The notes under the pieces were generated by a model. That model worked only from the letters and a program-made list of their open reading frames with translations, was not told the DNA's origin and searched no databases. A program made the translations under genes and the position numbers. DNA of 64,000 nt, from NCBI GenBank assembly GCA_011109175.1, contig RDEW01000004.1, positions 582,030 through 646,029 of the forward strand. The letters are read 5' to 3'. This document shows positions 1-14,222 of this stretch, in pieces. This stretch comes from Dicyema japonicum (lineage: Eukaryota > Animalia > Dicyemida). Numbering within the stretch: position 1 is the stretch's first letter; each line of letters opens with the position of its first letter.

Positions 1-817
1 CGATTAAGTTAAAAGATGTCTTAAATTCGTGTGTCAAAATCGTGAATTTCATTCGAAGAAGGGTTTTGAATCATAGACTGTTCAAAGCATTTTTATTGAT
101 TATGATGAAGACGCATCGTACTCAAGAGGTCATGTTTCGACAAGATTTTTATTCTCAGACTTGAAATCGAACAATTTGAAAAAAAACTTCGAACTACGGC
201 CTGTTTCAAATCTCCAAATTTTGTTATTTTGTGGCATATTGAAATATTCAATCATCTTGATCATTGAGTCTTTCAATTCAAGGGAGAAGATTAGCATTAT
301 TAATGCTTCTGACAATCTACGTGCCTGAGGAATAAACTGTCGTTGTGGACTCAACGTATTCAAGACAATAATTTTGCCGATTTTCCACCACTGGGGCTAC
401 TGAATCCAATGCGGCTTTTGATAAAATTATTAAAACAGAAATCAACAATCATCTTAAACCCTCATTTGATGGATATTTTTTAATTGGAAATATTAAAGAT
501 TCTGATACCTGCATTTTTAACCTACTTGCTTTCAAAATAGTGGTAGAGATGAGGATAGAGACAATTTGATTGAAATGCAACCATGCAAATCACTGAAAAT
601 GTTGTACGACTCGAATTCTTTGGAGGTGTTTTGGTGCGATCCGCAAGTTGGGTTTCCGACCTTTGCAAAAAAAATACTGCAAGTTCTGGTCCCATTTGCA
701 GCAACTTGGCCATGTGAGCTGGGATTTTCATCTCTACTATATATAAAAAAACAGGTACCGAAACGCTCTCAGAATTGCACTACCAAACAAAAAACCACAT
801 TTCGAAGAATTGATTAA
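1..817 (+). mobile_element. Degenerate hAT (Charlie/Buster, ZBED5/FAM200-like) transposase fragment
   Basis: Translates LKDVLNSCVKIVNFIRRRVLNHRLFKAF and SLEVFWC...FAKKILQVLVPFAATWPCELGFSSLLYIK, typical of the hAT catalytic and dimerisation regions; interrupted by stops and frameshifts. Confidence 0.85.
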
Positions 818-954
818 AACTAGAGGCAGGAAAAGTCTCGAGGAACTAAATATTTTTTTGAATAAAATTCGAATTCTGTTAAATTTAAAATCGGGTTTAC
901 GAAGTTGGTTTTTTAAATTTTTGGGGGTGCGAACTCAAACGAATCGGGAAGCTT

Positions 955-1055
955 CCCTAGTCCAATCGACGAATCAAAATCCTCTCTACCGAGGGATATC
1001 CGGGTAAATTTGGATTGTCTTCGCTGCGGACCACTGTACCAACATACGTATGTAA
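955..1055 (+). repeat. LINE 3' coding remnant, second copy at 61867-61970 (-)
   Basis: About 100 bp similar between the two sites; encodes PSPxDESKSSLPRDIRVNLDxL(R/P)CG, resembling the C-terminus of I/Ingi-like ORF2. Confidence 0.6.
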
Positions 1056-1859
1056 ACTCATACAAAGTAAAAAATAAAAAAATGCCGTTTGGTCAGAGCA
1101 AAAAAACCGTTAACACTGAGGTTTTTCAGGTGATGTATGGCCACACTGTGTGAACCTCTCAATCCAGTTTTGTAATCATGAATTGTGGTCTGACGACGAC
1201 TTCTGAGTATGTGGTCTCTTATAACAGAGGCCTTAGGTAAGAAAATGGATGATCTTGCATAGGGACACTTAAGTCTCGGAGGGATATCACAGATTTGTTA
1301 TTAGAGACCAGTGAGGACGTCTGTCTTGAGTTAGTCTTTCAGAGGATTTTTCAGAAAAAACACGTGCCAGAATAGAAACTAAAAGTGAAGATAATGTTGT
1401 TCCATTTTTTTGTTTTAGCCAGAGACACATCGATTTGATTTTACAAACAGATCAATAATCTCAGGGGGATGAAGACCAAATGAAACCACGTGGAATAAGA
1501 ATTACGCAATATGTGAAGGACTCAACAACGGGTTTTAAACATCGGAAGGATGTACAAGAAAGGTCCTCGAGTCCGTTGCTATACGAATCCAAAATTCCAC
1601 GTTTTTATTTAATAAAAGTCCTGTGTTCCCCAACTTCATGGGCTGCTGATTTATGGTTATTCTAATCGGATTATGATATCAGGATGGTCACAGAGAACGT
1701 CCAAAGGAGCGTAGAGAGCCAGACTGGGAGAACAGAGATATAAAGGAGAACCAAGTAGGGAGTTGAAATCTCCCCATACAAGACCACCGTTAAACCGAAA
1801 AAACAAACTGATCCTTAAAAATCTAACCCAGACTCTCAGATTGGCTCCTCCCTTGATCT

Positions 1860-1960
1860 TACAAAAACTCGTTGGGGTCGTGGTGTATCCTGATCACGTT
1901 GGATCAGGTCTCCTGTATTCCTTCGGATTATAATCTCTAAGGATGTCTGCATCATATTCT
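1860..1960 (-). repeat. Dispersed repeat fragment, similar to 29430-29545 (+)
   Basis: Shared string gacatcctt.gagat...atccaacgtgatcagga.ac.acacgac...caacgag...tgtaagatcaagg. Confidence 0.55.
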
Positions 1961-2188
1961 CTTCGTCCATATTTTAAAAATAAAAAACAGTTATCGAAAT
2001 TCTTGAGTTAATCCACAGACCCACATGCACCACGGTAGTGAGGTACAACTGGAAGCCGTAGATGCATGAAGCCCACAGCAATCTAATTTTGTCAAAATGA
2101 AACTGCCACACTAACATTGTAAATAAAACCTAATAAAGTAAAAAATACTAAAATAAATTAAAGAATCGAATATTAACTGAAATCGAGA

Positions 2189-3891
2189 TTACATTTTAGA
2201 GATTAAATAAGATTCAGGTATTTTAAGTTTTCTCATTAAATCAATACACTTATTTAGCTGATTACGTGCAACCTCAATTGAAGGGATCTTCTGAGACCCA
2301 AAGGACTCTTGAATTCAAAAAACCCACAGATACCCAAAATAATCGAATTTATCGTAGAAAATATCTCAATCCTCCTAGAAGGAATCATCAAAAGGTCCCC
2401 ATACGGAGATTTCCAAGGGTTCTCAAACTCGATGAGACTTACGGCTTTCTAAATATAAATTGAAAGACCAGACAAGGAGAAGTTCTTCATTGACTTCAAA
2501 TTCAGAGCTATCCTCACTGAATAGCTCTTTGCACAACTCAAAGAGTCCTCTGGCATAGGTGATCAGACTCACTGCTGATTCCCTACTCAGATAGGTGAAG
2601 TAGAGTCAGTGGACTCGCTCATCTCAATATCCTCAACTCCGACAGAGAAGTTGGGATCCTCCCCCCGTCTTAAAAATGAGTATGGAGAGGTCAAACCGGT
2701 GAATATTGTAGTCAGAATCAGCAAATGCACTGAAACTGTCTGAAGGACAGAGCCTCCTGTGGTGAAACATAATCGTCTCCACAAAATGCTGGACTTTCAT
2801 CCTAAAGTAGACTGTCTTGTGTTTCTCGAACATATCCGGGAACCTCTCCAAGCAGTTTTCAATGGCCTTTGCCACATTTCCATCGGTTATCAGTTCTTTG
2901 AGGTCTACAATGCAAGCAAACAGTGACCCTGACTGAACCGAAACAAACTGGCATCAAAAAATATCACCATATCCCGAAGGCCACAGCAGTCTTGTAATAT
3001 CCGTGGTAGACGAGATATTCAACGACCATTCTGCACAGAACGTTGGTGTGTATCGTGGACGACTTCTTGATAGTCTTCATGAGGATCCCTTGTTCGTGCT
3101 GAATGGTAACAAATCAAATACGTTCATAAAGCTCTTCAGATCAAAGACAAACCGTTCTTGCCCAAAATTAACAGAGACAGACTCCCTCATAGACTGCATC
3201 CCCACAATAATGTGGAATGGGGACTAATAATGACAACAACAAACAAACGGGATCCTTGTTGAGGAATGTGTCCGGGAAAGTAACCATAAAACAGTCCATT
3301 TTGAGTGAAAAAGAAACGATTGGTGATGAAATTGACTCCACAGCCGACAACATCCCCACATTTATAACCAGAACCATATCGTTTGTGAGTGGAAATGAAC
3401 ACAAAGCCATCATCTGCGTGATATCCTATCGATTTAGAATCCCAACCTATAAATAGAAATAAACTGGACAACCAGGCAAAAGAGTGTTGTTTTCTTGTGA
3501 TCCAAATCCCACAGCAATATGGCCGTCCACTCCGTCACAAAGTACAGTTGCTTCGTAGTAGTAAATTGCACAACATGTTGGGACCTGTCTATTAGAGAGA
3601 CAGCAAAGGCTTCACTCTTGCCCGAAGATTTACCTATTTAAGATAAGTGAGCATACACGTGGCAACAGTGTTAGACTGACTGAGAATGATAGCATTATTG
3701 CATTCATTTGGGTTAAGACAAGTAGGGAAGAGATCCACATTGGAATTTGGGTAGTAGTACGTGAGATTATCCACTCTTGTCTTGTCGGATATTGTTTTTG
3801 GCTGAGAAGGCACAGAATGAGATATTTCTGTTATTGGTGGACTATTCATATCTGACGACGCACTTACATAAGAAGACTCCTCGCTACTCAT
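2189..3891 (-). CDS. RANBP9: RanBP9/RanBP10-like SPRY-CTLH-CRA protein, multi-intron
   Basis: Spliced translation gives SPRY (AIYYYEATV, GWDSKSIGYHADDG, GDVVGCGVNF), CTLH-like (AIENCLERFPDMF...MKVQHFVE) and CRA-like C-terminus (KAVSLIEFENPWKSPYG); introns 23-26 nt; one apparent 1-nt deletion near 3595. Confidence 0.85.
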
Positions 3892-4021
3892 TCCCTTATA
3901 TGCTTAATTACATAAACACATTACTAACAATATCTTGTAATAGTTAAATAATTTCGTTAATTTAACATTATTTTTATTTTTTAATTAAAAATATTTTTAA
4001 GTTAATATAATTCCAATTATT

Positions 4022-4260
4022 GATCCCGACGACATAATTGCCTCATATTAGCGACGGAGATTAAAGTTAGGTCTTTTGAGAAAGGACAGTGACTCCTACC
4101 TATACCTCCAGTTATCTCAATAGGGCTGATCGTGAACCGGTACGGGACCGCTTCCTACACTTACCGTTGCCTCCCCTTCCTTTTCCGCACATATAATGTG
4201 CCTACTGGCATCCAATATCAACGGCTTCCCCTCAACAATACCGTCCCCCACCAATTTAAT
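4022..4260 (-). mobile_element. Degenerate CRE-like retroposon 3' (RLE) remnant
   Basis: Frames give GKPLILDA and PYRFTISPIEITGGIG, matching GKPLVWDVT and FYPIVVETTGG motifs of better CRE copies in this window. Confidence 0.5.
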
Positions 4261-4321
4261 CAAATTTACTAATCATTGTTATCAACCCGAACAAATTAAA
4301 ATATTAATAGTCATTAGCAAA

Positions 4322-4951
4322 TTAGTTAACCACAGGAAAGTAAGCCTGTTTGGAGTCCGGCTGGTGGATACCAATGTATGGATAAAATTTAAAGTTTCTA
4401 TGGACATTAACGTTGACGTCACGGGGGAAGTAATACATCAACATCTCATTGTTCATGTTCTCCAATTGAGGAAGAGACTCAACGGCTTTGACCTACTAAA
4501 TCATATCAACCAGGACCGACTCATCCAAATGGTCTAATATCCCCGAGTACTGCTTCTTAAAGTCATCAATTTCAGCATTCTATTAGATTATGTCAACTCA
4601 ATACGGCTTGCTTTTCCAGCATTTCTATTTCAGATGACTGACTGTCGGCATCCTTGGGGTATTTTAGAGTAACTTTCTCATACTAATGTAAGGTGGTCAG
4701 TCAACCTGTGATTTCCATAGTTTTATTTGACTGGAATCCGCCCCAATGAATGACTCGTAATAATTCCAGTCTATTTTAGGGAGGGAGGCTGAGCATTGGT
4801 TCATTCTGGGGATCATTTGTATAATACACCTTGTCTCATATTTGTTGGTGGTAGATCGCAATGCTTTGGCCAATTTCTTATATTTTGAAGGAATGTTATT
4901 AACAAAGCTATTCCAATCAATCTGTAGTGCTTTTATTGCTTGTCTATTCAT
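4322..4951 (-). CDS. ATP5PD: Mitochondrial ATP synthase subunit d
   Basis: Spliced product QIDWNSF...ASLPKIDWNYY...YEKVTLKYPKD...ESLPQLENM...KFYPY; four introns of 23-25 nt (e.g. 4806-4829). Confidence 0.85.
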
Positions 4952-5079
4952 TTATGCCTGAGGAATCTAATACACCAACAAAATAATTTAAATTTTATAT
5001 TTTTTAAAATTAATTAATTTAAAATATCTTGTTTATTATAAAGAATGCATGGATCACATCTTAAAACATCTTCGCTTAT

Positions 5080-5350
5080 CGTTTGGTGCCGTGTGGCTAC
5101 TTTATTAAGATTTTTTGTTTGTTTCTTCTATTCCTCTTTTCCTCCACTTCCCTTTTTAATAGAGTGGTGTCATGTGATACAACTGTCTCAGGTGGCTCTG
5201 ATAGACATTTAAAAGGATAATTTTCTTCTTCACTCCATTGGAAGGGTTCCCATAAGTTCAAAGAATGGACGTTTTCTACCTTTTATGCTGGTTCTGGATG
5301 GACTCTGTTTCTGTGACAGTGGGAACTGGATGCACTTAATTAGTTGCCAA
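5080..5350 (+). mobile_element. Degenerate copy of hairpin-headed SINE
   Basis: Shares agagtgg.gtcatgtga, cactcca.tgga, ggactctgtttctgt and ac(t)taattagttg with the copy at 51172-51490. Confidence 0.65.
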
Positions 5351-7725
5351 CTTCTTTCTCTGTGTATACAGCACAATTGAATTCCGTACTTTATATTGTC
5401 GGACAAAAAATTCATGTTGTCCACATAGGACGTTTGTTTAGGACCTATCTCCACGTCCTAAAATAGGCCACAATAAAACACCTTTTCTTTCACAGGACTC
5501 CGTTTTGATTCTGAAACTACTTATAAGCAAAATTACTAAAAGTTGACGACTTCAAATTTGGGAAGTTGGACAAATTACTCTGCAAACTAATAACTGGCTG
5601 TACCTGGCTGTCCTTGATTCTCACTTTCGATCCTCCCTGAGGTGCCAGCGTCCCTGTTAAGAATCACTGGTTTAGGTAACCCAATTCTTTCCGAATCTCC
5701 TTCAAAACAGATTCCAAATATACTGCAGATTAATGACGAAAGCGAGTTATCCCGAGAGAACTAAATCGAGAGTCGACAGCTTCCGATAAGTAACTTCCTT
5801 AAAGTACATCATTTTCTGTACTTTTGGCATATGGTCGATAGGTATCGAGAACTCCATCTATATAAGCGGTTGACCTTCCCGATCAAATCCATCAGCTAAC
5901 ATTACTTGATTATCCGGCTCAGCCTTATAAATAATTTTTTCCTCAGATACGTTACACCGTGGGCCTCAGATTCTCGAGTGAGTCGGTACTTTTTCAGGTT
6001 TCTGTAAATGCAGTAATATTCCCACTGAGATGTCTGGGGAGTGAAAATTGAATAATTCGTTGAACATAAAGGATATTTCCCGATTCGTTGAGCATATTTC
6101 ATCAATTTCTTGATGTCATCCCTATCAAATTGCTCGTTAAACTGGTCTGCTATTAAGTTGGGAGCGTTTAGTGTCTGAATTCGTCCTGTATTCTTTAAAT
6201 TGGGTTTAGCTGACATTTCACCAGTTTTTCGTCCAAAAAATTCAATAATGTACTTCTTGATCGTGTGTCGAATTTTATTTCTCAGTTCAGCTCTTCGTGA
6301 GGGTTACAGGTTTCAGTTTAGCATATATCCGGTTGATGGATAAATAATTCATTGACTGTTGGGTTATAAGCAGTTTTGTATTTTTCTTTCATATTGCTTT
6401 ACAGCCGTATATTTGGCGACTGATGTTATAGCTCTAGTGATTCTTTCCTATATGACATGAGGTTGGTTATGGAGATATCAGATAGATATTTTTCTATTCT
6501 CATCAGATATCTGGGAGACTATTGTTATTTAGTTGTTTTTTCAAACTATTAGTATCAACGTGCTGACTGCAATCTTGTGATTTCTATCTGTTAATGTTCC
6601 TCCACGTGAACGAAAGTTCATTAGTAGCCTCTCAAGTGACTGTTTGGATAAAATATAGTCGATTGGGGTTAAATAATTTATTTCATTTATTTTTTATTCT
6701 TTCTATAGCCAATCCACGTGGTGTGTATCTGGCAACATGCTGACAGGTGGTGTTGCGCACGAAAAATCTTAAGTATAAGGAAGTTTAGCGATGAGTTTGG
6801 GCAACCCCTTCCGTGGTTTCGACGAGTTTGTAATAGTCGTAGTATACACCACCATTCATTTTTTATCCCAATTCCTGCAGACATGCCACACTAATTCTTG
6901 CATCTTTCCAAATCGAAGGATCCCATAGAATCCTATTATACTATGACGAAATAATCATTAATGAAGCAGAGAAATGGATTTTACAAAGTATGTCTCCCCA
7001 ACTTTGTTTTGTATCTCGAACCGTTAATTATGTTGAAATTGTGAGAGTAGCCAGACGTCCAGTCTATTGAGAAATGACTTCCTGCTCATATCTCCCATCA
7101 TCTCAACAGCAATTGAACGGTGAGTGAACAGGTCAAGGAGCCTATCGTATTTCTTTCCTTTAGACTTCTCCACCCATTTTGTAACTGATGATGGATTTAC
7201 CGCACTCCCAATAATGTCGGTGGAAGATATAGAGTCGATACAAATGGCCTCATGTCACATTTTAAAGTACAATCGTTCAGTCAATATTATTGATTAAAAG
7301 TCATAAAATGAAAATTCCAAAGACCAAGTAATACCAAACTAACTAATCACGTGACCTAACCAAGCTCCTCATAATGGCCATGGTCCAATACTTCTCTGTC
7401 AATCCAAACAGGCACCTAGAACTAGACACTCATAGTTGAACGGGCATGCCCCTCTGTTCCTATGGATTAGAGATTTCAGAGGCGTTGGAAACAAGTACTT
7501 TCAGAAGTCAATGCTTCGTCACTTTGTACGCTCTTTTTGTGTAGCCGCGATATTAGCATAAAAATAATTTTTGAATAAAATTAGTTTAACTTCAAAAATT
7601 ATGATAATTTTTCCAAAATTAAAAATATTATATTTAATTAATGTAAAATAATTATGGCAAACCAATAATAATAAATTGGTTTCATAGTAACTGAGTTACC
7701 TGTAGACTAATTGACAAGGAAATTC

Positions 7726-10700
7726 ATGAATTGTGCCTTTTTAAACGGAGAGGGTGTCATTTATGAACTGGGGGAATGCATGACTATTGGGAAGAGGCAG
7801 TGCGGCTTAATAATAGGCGTAATTCATTATTATATGTAGTCCAATACTGTTGACGACAGACATGCGACAATACATTATTCTAAAAATGAAAATAGTTTCA
7901 TTCTCCAAGACCTAAACTCACGACATGGAACATATGTCAATGGCTTCAAAGTACATACCGTCAGACTATCTCCCGGCGACAATATAAAATTCGGACTGGA
8001 CCACGTGATTTACGAATTTGGCGTCGGGAAAATCGAATCAGTATTCATGTGTATAATACAAGCCCCCTACATGTCCTCCTATTCAGAGCTCAGTCGAAGT
8101 GGACTTTGATCCCAATCCCACTACCATATTTACAGAGCCAATCGGTGCACGTGCGTCAGTAAGACAGCCGATAGTAATTTTGTGATGAAATTTAAAGTAT
8201 TGTCGTTCCAGGACCTGCCATGCTGATGGCTCCTCAGGTTTGTGTTCATATTAACAAGCACAGAGGGATCCTTCACGGAAATGGTGGAGCCATTAAATGA
8301 TTTCTAGACGAACCAACAACTACGGGTGGAGCTGAGAAATATGAGGAATCTTCTATCAGAGAATGCAAAGAAGGACCAGGAGTTGAGACAGCAAAGAGAA
8401 ATCATACTGGAACTCGAAAATAAGATTGATTCCCTTAGAAGTTCCAAGAATAGGATTTCACAGGAGTTTTCGTCTGCAAATGAATTGAGGCAAAGATTAG
8501 AGGAGGAAGTCAACCTTAAAGACTCTATCATCAATAATCTTAAGGAACGAGTTTATAGTCTCAATGATTTCAGACACGTGACGTGAAAGAAAATGTGGAA
8601 ACTGATAAGAAACTCCCTCAAACTAGCTTACCAGTGGTGGAAACTTCAAAAATTAAAAGAGATAAGAAGATACTTGAAGATTTGGTGACTCAGCTGCAGA
8701 GAGACTCAATCTCAAAGGTAAAGACACATGTCTTGATTTATAGGATGAGATTATTTCACGACAGTCCGTTGAAATTGAGAACTTTACTGAAATTTTGAAT
8801 TCAAAGTCATCCAAACAGGTTGGTTCTCGGTGACATTAAAGGAACAAACTGAGATGAATACCTTAAGGACAGTATTGTTTGTCTGGAATATTCCTAGAGT
8901 TTGAAGGATCAGGAAACCGAGACCAAAAGGATCACTGCTGAATTGGTGGAGATTAAGCGTGAAATGGCAAAGCAGAGGCAAAAAGCGTCCGAATATGAGC
9001 AACAATGTGAGATCCTCGAGGCCAAAATAAGGGACTATAAGACGGAAAATGCTGACCTGGAACGTTCCGGCAACACCACAAGGATAGAACTGCATAATTC
9101 TGTGCAGAAAGTAATATGAAACTAATGGAGTAGCACGAAAAATTCAAGGACAAGATTGTAAACTCAATAGCTGCCATTTTGAGTGACTGTGAGGAGATTA
9201 GTGATGAAGTGATAACAAGGGAGGTGGCTAGACTGTGCAAGGTCAAACAGGTATATGAAGAGAAGGTGGACTCTCTGAAGTGTGAAATTAATAAACTGAA
9301 CAGTAACGAGGCAACCTTTCAATACAAATTGACAGAATTAAAGGAATCAATGACACGTGATTTGGTTTGTCTTAGTTGTGACCCCAGACTGACTACATTG
9401 AATACGGGACTCCCATTTCTTCCCACTTGGACACATTGATAACTAAATTGGAGTCAAGACATAGCTTGGATGATTCCTTGGTGTGGATCCGTGACTCCCT
9501 GCTGAGTGTTGTCAAATTCCAAAGCAAAATAATGCACGAAATCGAGGACTCGATAGAACGTGCAGATGTCGTACCCTTTAATTATGAAGAATGTACTATC
9601 GCGACTTATTCCTAGCCATTGCTGATAATATTCATACCCTCAGTAAAAGACTGGCGGAAACACGTGCCAGGCATGACGTGTCATTAAAGAACATTGAAAA
9701 CCTGAGGGATAAGTACAATGAGGATATCCGACGGTTGAACGAGGAGGGAGAGAGACAGTTTAGACTACAAATTGAGGAAGCTGTAGACAAGACTATGACA
9801 ATCGGTGATATTTATCATTCATTCGACAGAACAGGAGAAGAGGACTCAGGAAATTATTAGAATTAGGAAGGATGAGGCCGAGAAACTGAACAAGCATTCA
9901 CTGGAGAAGGAAAATAGAATAAACGACCTAATATTGACGATTGATAAACTAAATTTGGTGAAAGATTGCTTATTGCAGAGGATACAATCAGACGAGGCAG
10001 AATTGGAGACTCAAAGACACAGATTTTCAAATCTGGACAAGTCTGTTACCATTTACAGGGAGAATGAGGTGACTGTCGTGTTATTTATAAGGAAAAACTG
10101 ATCGCTGAGATTGATAAGCTAAAGTCATCTCTGGAAGACTTGAATGTTCAGAAAATGAGTGAACTAGCTGATTTACGAAACTACCACGACCACGAGGCTA
10201 AGAATTATCGAGAACAGATCAAACAGTATTCGGTTACAATCTGCAAACTGGAAGAGAATATAGAAAGGCTAAGACATAAGAAAAAAATGGCCAAAAATGA
10301 AGCCAAGTTCGTGAAAATGAGGTCAACTGGTAATTTGTGGCTTAATATCAGATGTGCCGAAAGAACCGGTTAATCAGCAATCTGTCCCTTCCCCTCCTCC
10401 ACGTGTTATGCTTGAAACCCCATCAATTGATGTCATAGAGTTGAGGAATTCTATCTCAAGATTGAATGATGAGATTGTAGTACTAAAGTCAATGTGTGAA
10501 GAGAAGGACATGACAAATGCTGGACTTGAGAGGGAACTTCACATACTGAAGGCAGAGACCACAGACAGAACTGGTGACTATTTGACTCATCCAAGATGAT
10601 AAACTGTGGGCTAAAGAATTAACTGAAGCCAGAAATCTCCTAAGAATGAAGGATGACGAGATTGTCCTTCTCCGTAGAAACAATCATGGAGTACAGTCCT

Positions 10701-12011
10701 CCAAAATTGAGATTGAAAAGCTGACTCAAAAGCTAAAGTTTGCATGCTCTAAGTGGTAGTAAGGAACGTGCTTCTCTGTCGAGTTTGGAGAACAAGTTGA
10801 ATGAACGTTCGAGTCAAGTTGAACAGCTCCAGCAACAGTTGAGGTTCTCCCAGGATGAAAGGAACACAGCTATCGCACAATTGGAGAGATATCCCAAGTC
10901 AGACGAATTGGTAGCAGCGGGGTCTCTCTGCAGAGGAGAACGACATAAATCAATAATTGAGAGGCAGGCTGAGGCATTGTCCGAGTTGAGATGTCGTCTT
11001 AAAGAGTTTGAGACATTTAAAATGATTCGTATGTACTGTAATAAATGTAGCCTCCCCCGAATGTGGACTGAGACAACAGAATATAATGCTAAAGAGGGAA
11101 CTGGCCGAGCTGAAGACACGTGAAGTATTGAACAACAATGCCCTCATTAAAAATTCTCAAATAAAAAGAAATGTTGTTTACCACCAACAGATAGATCAAG
11201 TTCCTCAGATTGATGACAAGTTCTCAGCCTCAGAGAATTTGGTGAGTTGTTTGTTGATTAAAGACTCTAAATTTTGTTGGAGAATTGGCTAGGGTTGTTT
11301 GTATGACTGGCAATGTGAGCCTCCACCCGGTTGTGCACATGCCCCCAGATCAGTCAGAGCAGCTGTTATCGGAGAGGAGACAGATATTCGACATGATTGT
11401 TAGTAAAGTCAATATCCTCAGTGACCGTTTGCAAAAGAAGTGTGAGTTGCTTTTGAAATATGAACACGATCTTTCTAGAATGAAGTTTGGGGGTCGTATA
11501 GCTTAGAGTGTTGGAGGAAATAAATATTAAGACAAAGAGGGATATTGAGGCACATTTGGTGTAAATAGTGATAACCCACTAGGAAACTATTCGCTGTAAA
11601 ACTGATGAGATTGAGTACATGAAGGAAAGTCTGGTAAAGTACCGTGAAATTTTAAACGCTGAGAGACGACTGAATAGCGCTATAAAGAGCAAAAAGGTGT
11701 CGAGTTCATATATGGTAGACGTTTCACATGGAGAAAGAACTCGCTGATAGGAACTACAAGGTTCACCAATGTGACTTTGTCCCCAAGGTGTATTATTTCT
11801 TATTGTAGAATGATAGTAAATACAAGTCACTAACTGATGAAATCAAAATGAAGGACTTTATTATTGCCAAGCAGAAAGAGGAGTTATTGGAGAAGAACAA
11901 AAGTAAAATAAAGGTAGGTTATGCGTTATTCCCCAGAATGATGACGGATTTGATACCTATCCAACACTTAGTGATGACACTATGGAAGACTGTGAACCCA
12001 CACCAAGCTAA
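7726..12011 (+). CDS. FHAD1: FHA-domain long coiled-coil protein, FHAD1-like, many micro-introns
   Basis: N-terminus MNCAFLNGEG...TIGKR...VDDRHATIHY...FILQDLNSRHGTYVNG...LSPGDNIKFG is an FHA domain like FHAD1; followed by about 4 kb of coiled-coil exons; not every junction checked. Confidence 0.75.
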
Positions 12012-13933
12012 CAATGCATTTATTAATTATTAAATTTCTTTTAAATTTTAACATTATAACTAGTGATTCTCCAATTGACCCATACATTGGTATTGTCCAC
12101 CAGGGACCACTTCGGTCTACAAATCCTTGACAAATATCCGGTCATGCCTTTGGAGTTCCACAAATAAGAGAAGGGTCATACCTAACTTTTGTATAAAGTT
12201 CGCATTCTTCAAACCATTTCCGACACTGACCCCACTCAGTTGCGTCTCTAGGCGATCCACGATTGGGTTTCTACAATCCTATCAAAAACCAAAAAAAATC
12301 CCTCTCTTTACTATTCAATGACTTTTTCTTTTCAAGATTCATGGGTTCTAAGTTTTTTACCACAATCTTTGTCATCTTCAAAACAAGCACCTATTCTCCC
12401 AAATTCACCCTCTCTTCTTTCGATACTGGCAGAGCATATCCCTTGCATCGTCGTCATATCTTTGATTTCCTTTCTGTTTGGTAAGCTCTGGTATTTGTTC
12501 GAGTTCTTTCTTCAGTCTAGTAAGTTGACTTCCATACACTGGTTCCATTCGTTCGTTTTTCGGTTACTTTGTGAGAGAACCTCACTGCCCACTATAGATA
12601 ATATCGTTTATATTCGCACGTGGGAATAAGTTTATATAATTATTGGTTGGGGGTGATACAATTAAAACGTTTCTAAAGAGTTGGTACCGAACTTTGTAGG
12701 TTTTTTGACCATCGCGAGAGGTCACTTGATTAATTTGGGAGTAAAACTCATTAATATTTCCGTTACTAAAGACCATCCACCTAGAGGTAGTCTGAACTAC
12801 TGGGAAAACTTCCTACACCCACTCAGCTTTGTCCTCCTTATTCACATGGTCCATAATCACCTGGAGAGATAATTAGATTAATCCGGTAGTACGGTTGAGA
12901 AACCGGATTGTCTTATAGGACAAGAAAAAGAAAAGTGTCAACCTCTCAACCACCAAGGCGTGAGCGGAGGAAAGTTACATGTAGAAAACTGGTAGAACGG
13001 ATAGTAAAGAGGACGGTACAAGTGGAACCCTGAGAATTCATGTGCTTATTGGTAACGCAGAGTGCTCTTAACTAACATGTCTTCCAATATTTACTCGCTT
13101 TACTTTCCATGAAAAAGCTCTATTGTAGACCTTGGACGACTGGATATTCACTTGCCTGATTTCAGCTCAAGAATTAAAAAAGCGAATTTTACCGTTAATT
13201 AACCATCATTGTGTCCCACCAAACTTGAAGTAAATAAAATATTGTTCCTTCTAAAAATAGTGAGGGTTTACTCTAACCCATGTATATCGCCAATATTAAA
13301 ACTTTAAGATTCATTTACTAGAAGCAGCTGCTTCACTTGGCAGACTTATTGGAAACTTAACATTTCGGTCTACAATTCTGAATTTTGACTTTGAAATAAC
13401 TTGGAGAGACGTGTCCGATGAGAAAATTTTTCAGTTGTAAATAACTCAAACAACGAAAATCAGGAAATTGAAAATTAGTGATACAACAATCGGAAAACAT
13501 AGGACCTGTGTACAAGAAAGAGATTAGATCAGAAGGTACTCGTATGTAGTGCTGAGAACAGGCATAAGTTTAGCTCATTTCTTCAATGAGAAAGTACAAA
13601 GCAGGTAAAATTAAAGAAAAACAAAAATTAAATTTCATTTTAATAGAATTTTAATAAAAATTAAATATTTTTTTTATTTTCACTATAATGGACAAGTGCG
13701 AGGATTCACCCTATTTGTTTATCGTCCACTTGAAGTTCATCCGCCTCCTAAAAACGATGAAGACGCCCATCTGAAATTTCACATCGCCCATTTGGGAAAC
13801 CCTGGTCATAGAGACTCATATCAAAAGAAAAAAGTTAAAAACATGATTACTCGTAAATCTCGGGAAAGGAGAGAATAATAAATTTTAAAATTATTTATTA
13901 ATTAATGTTAATAAATAAAATTATTTAAAATAA

Positions 13934-14222
13934 ATGCGGCCCATGTTGGTTCTTTATAAACAACTTCTTAGAGAGTCAAGTAAAATGCAAAATTACAACT
14001 TTCGGTTGAATTAACTAATAATTTTAGAGAATATTCACTTCGTAGAATAAAAAATTACTTCAGAGATAATATGAATGTTACAAACCCCGCAGAAATAGAT
14101 AGATTATACAAAAAAGGACAATCATCATTGGAAATGATTAAAAGACAGGTTGTAAACATTCCCTATTTCAGGTAATCATTGGGAATTTATACCATTGTGC
14201 CAAAAGTGTCCTTGAAAACTAA
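13934..14222 (+). CDS. LYRM4: LYR motif protein 4 (ISD11), 80 aa
   Basis: Removing two 23-nt introns (14005-14027, 14149-14171) gives LYKQLLRESSKMQNYNFREYSLRRIKNYFRDN...IKRQVIIGNLY. Confidence 0.92.

Noticed and set aside
284-297. U6 snRNA fragment GAGAAGATTAGCAT
   Set aside because: Only 14 nt, inside hAT transposase debris, with no flanking U6 sequence.
1080-1400. Small spliced gene
   Set aside because: Intron-like segments exist, but no splicing gave a recognisable or convincingly long product.
4022-4260. Structured ncRNA between RanBP9 and ATP5PD
   Set aside because: Hairpins are short, and the minus-strand translation gives CRE RLE motifs.
5700-6680. ORF 5902-6216 as a host gene
   Set aside because: Surrounding frames are full of stops with no micro-intron pattern; probably old retroelement debris, family not assignable.
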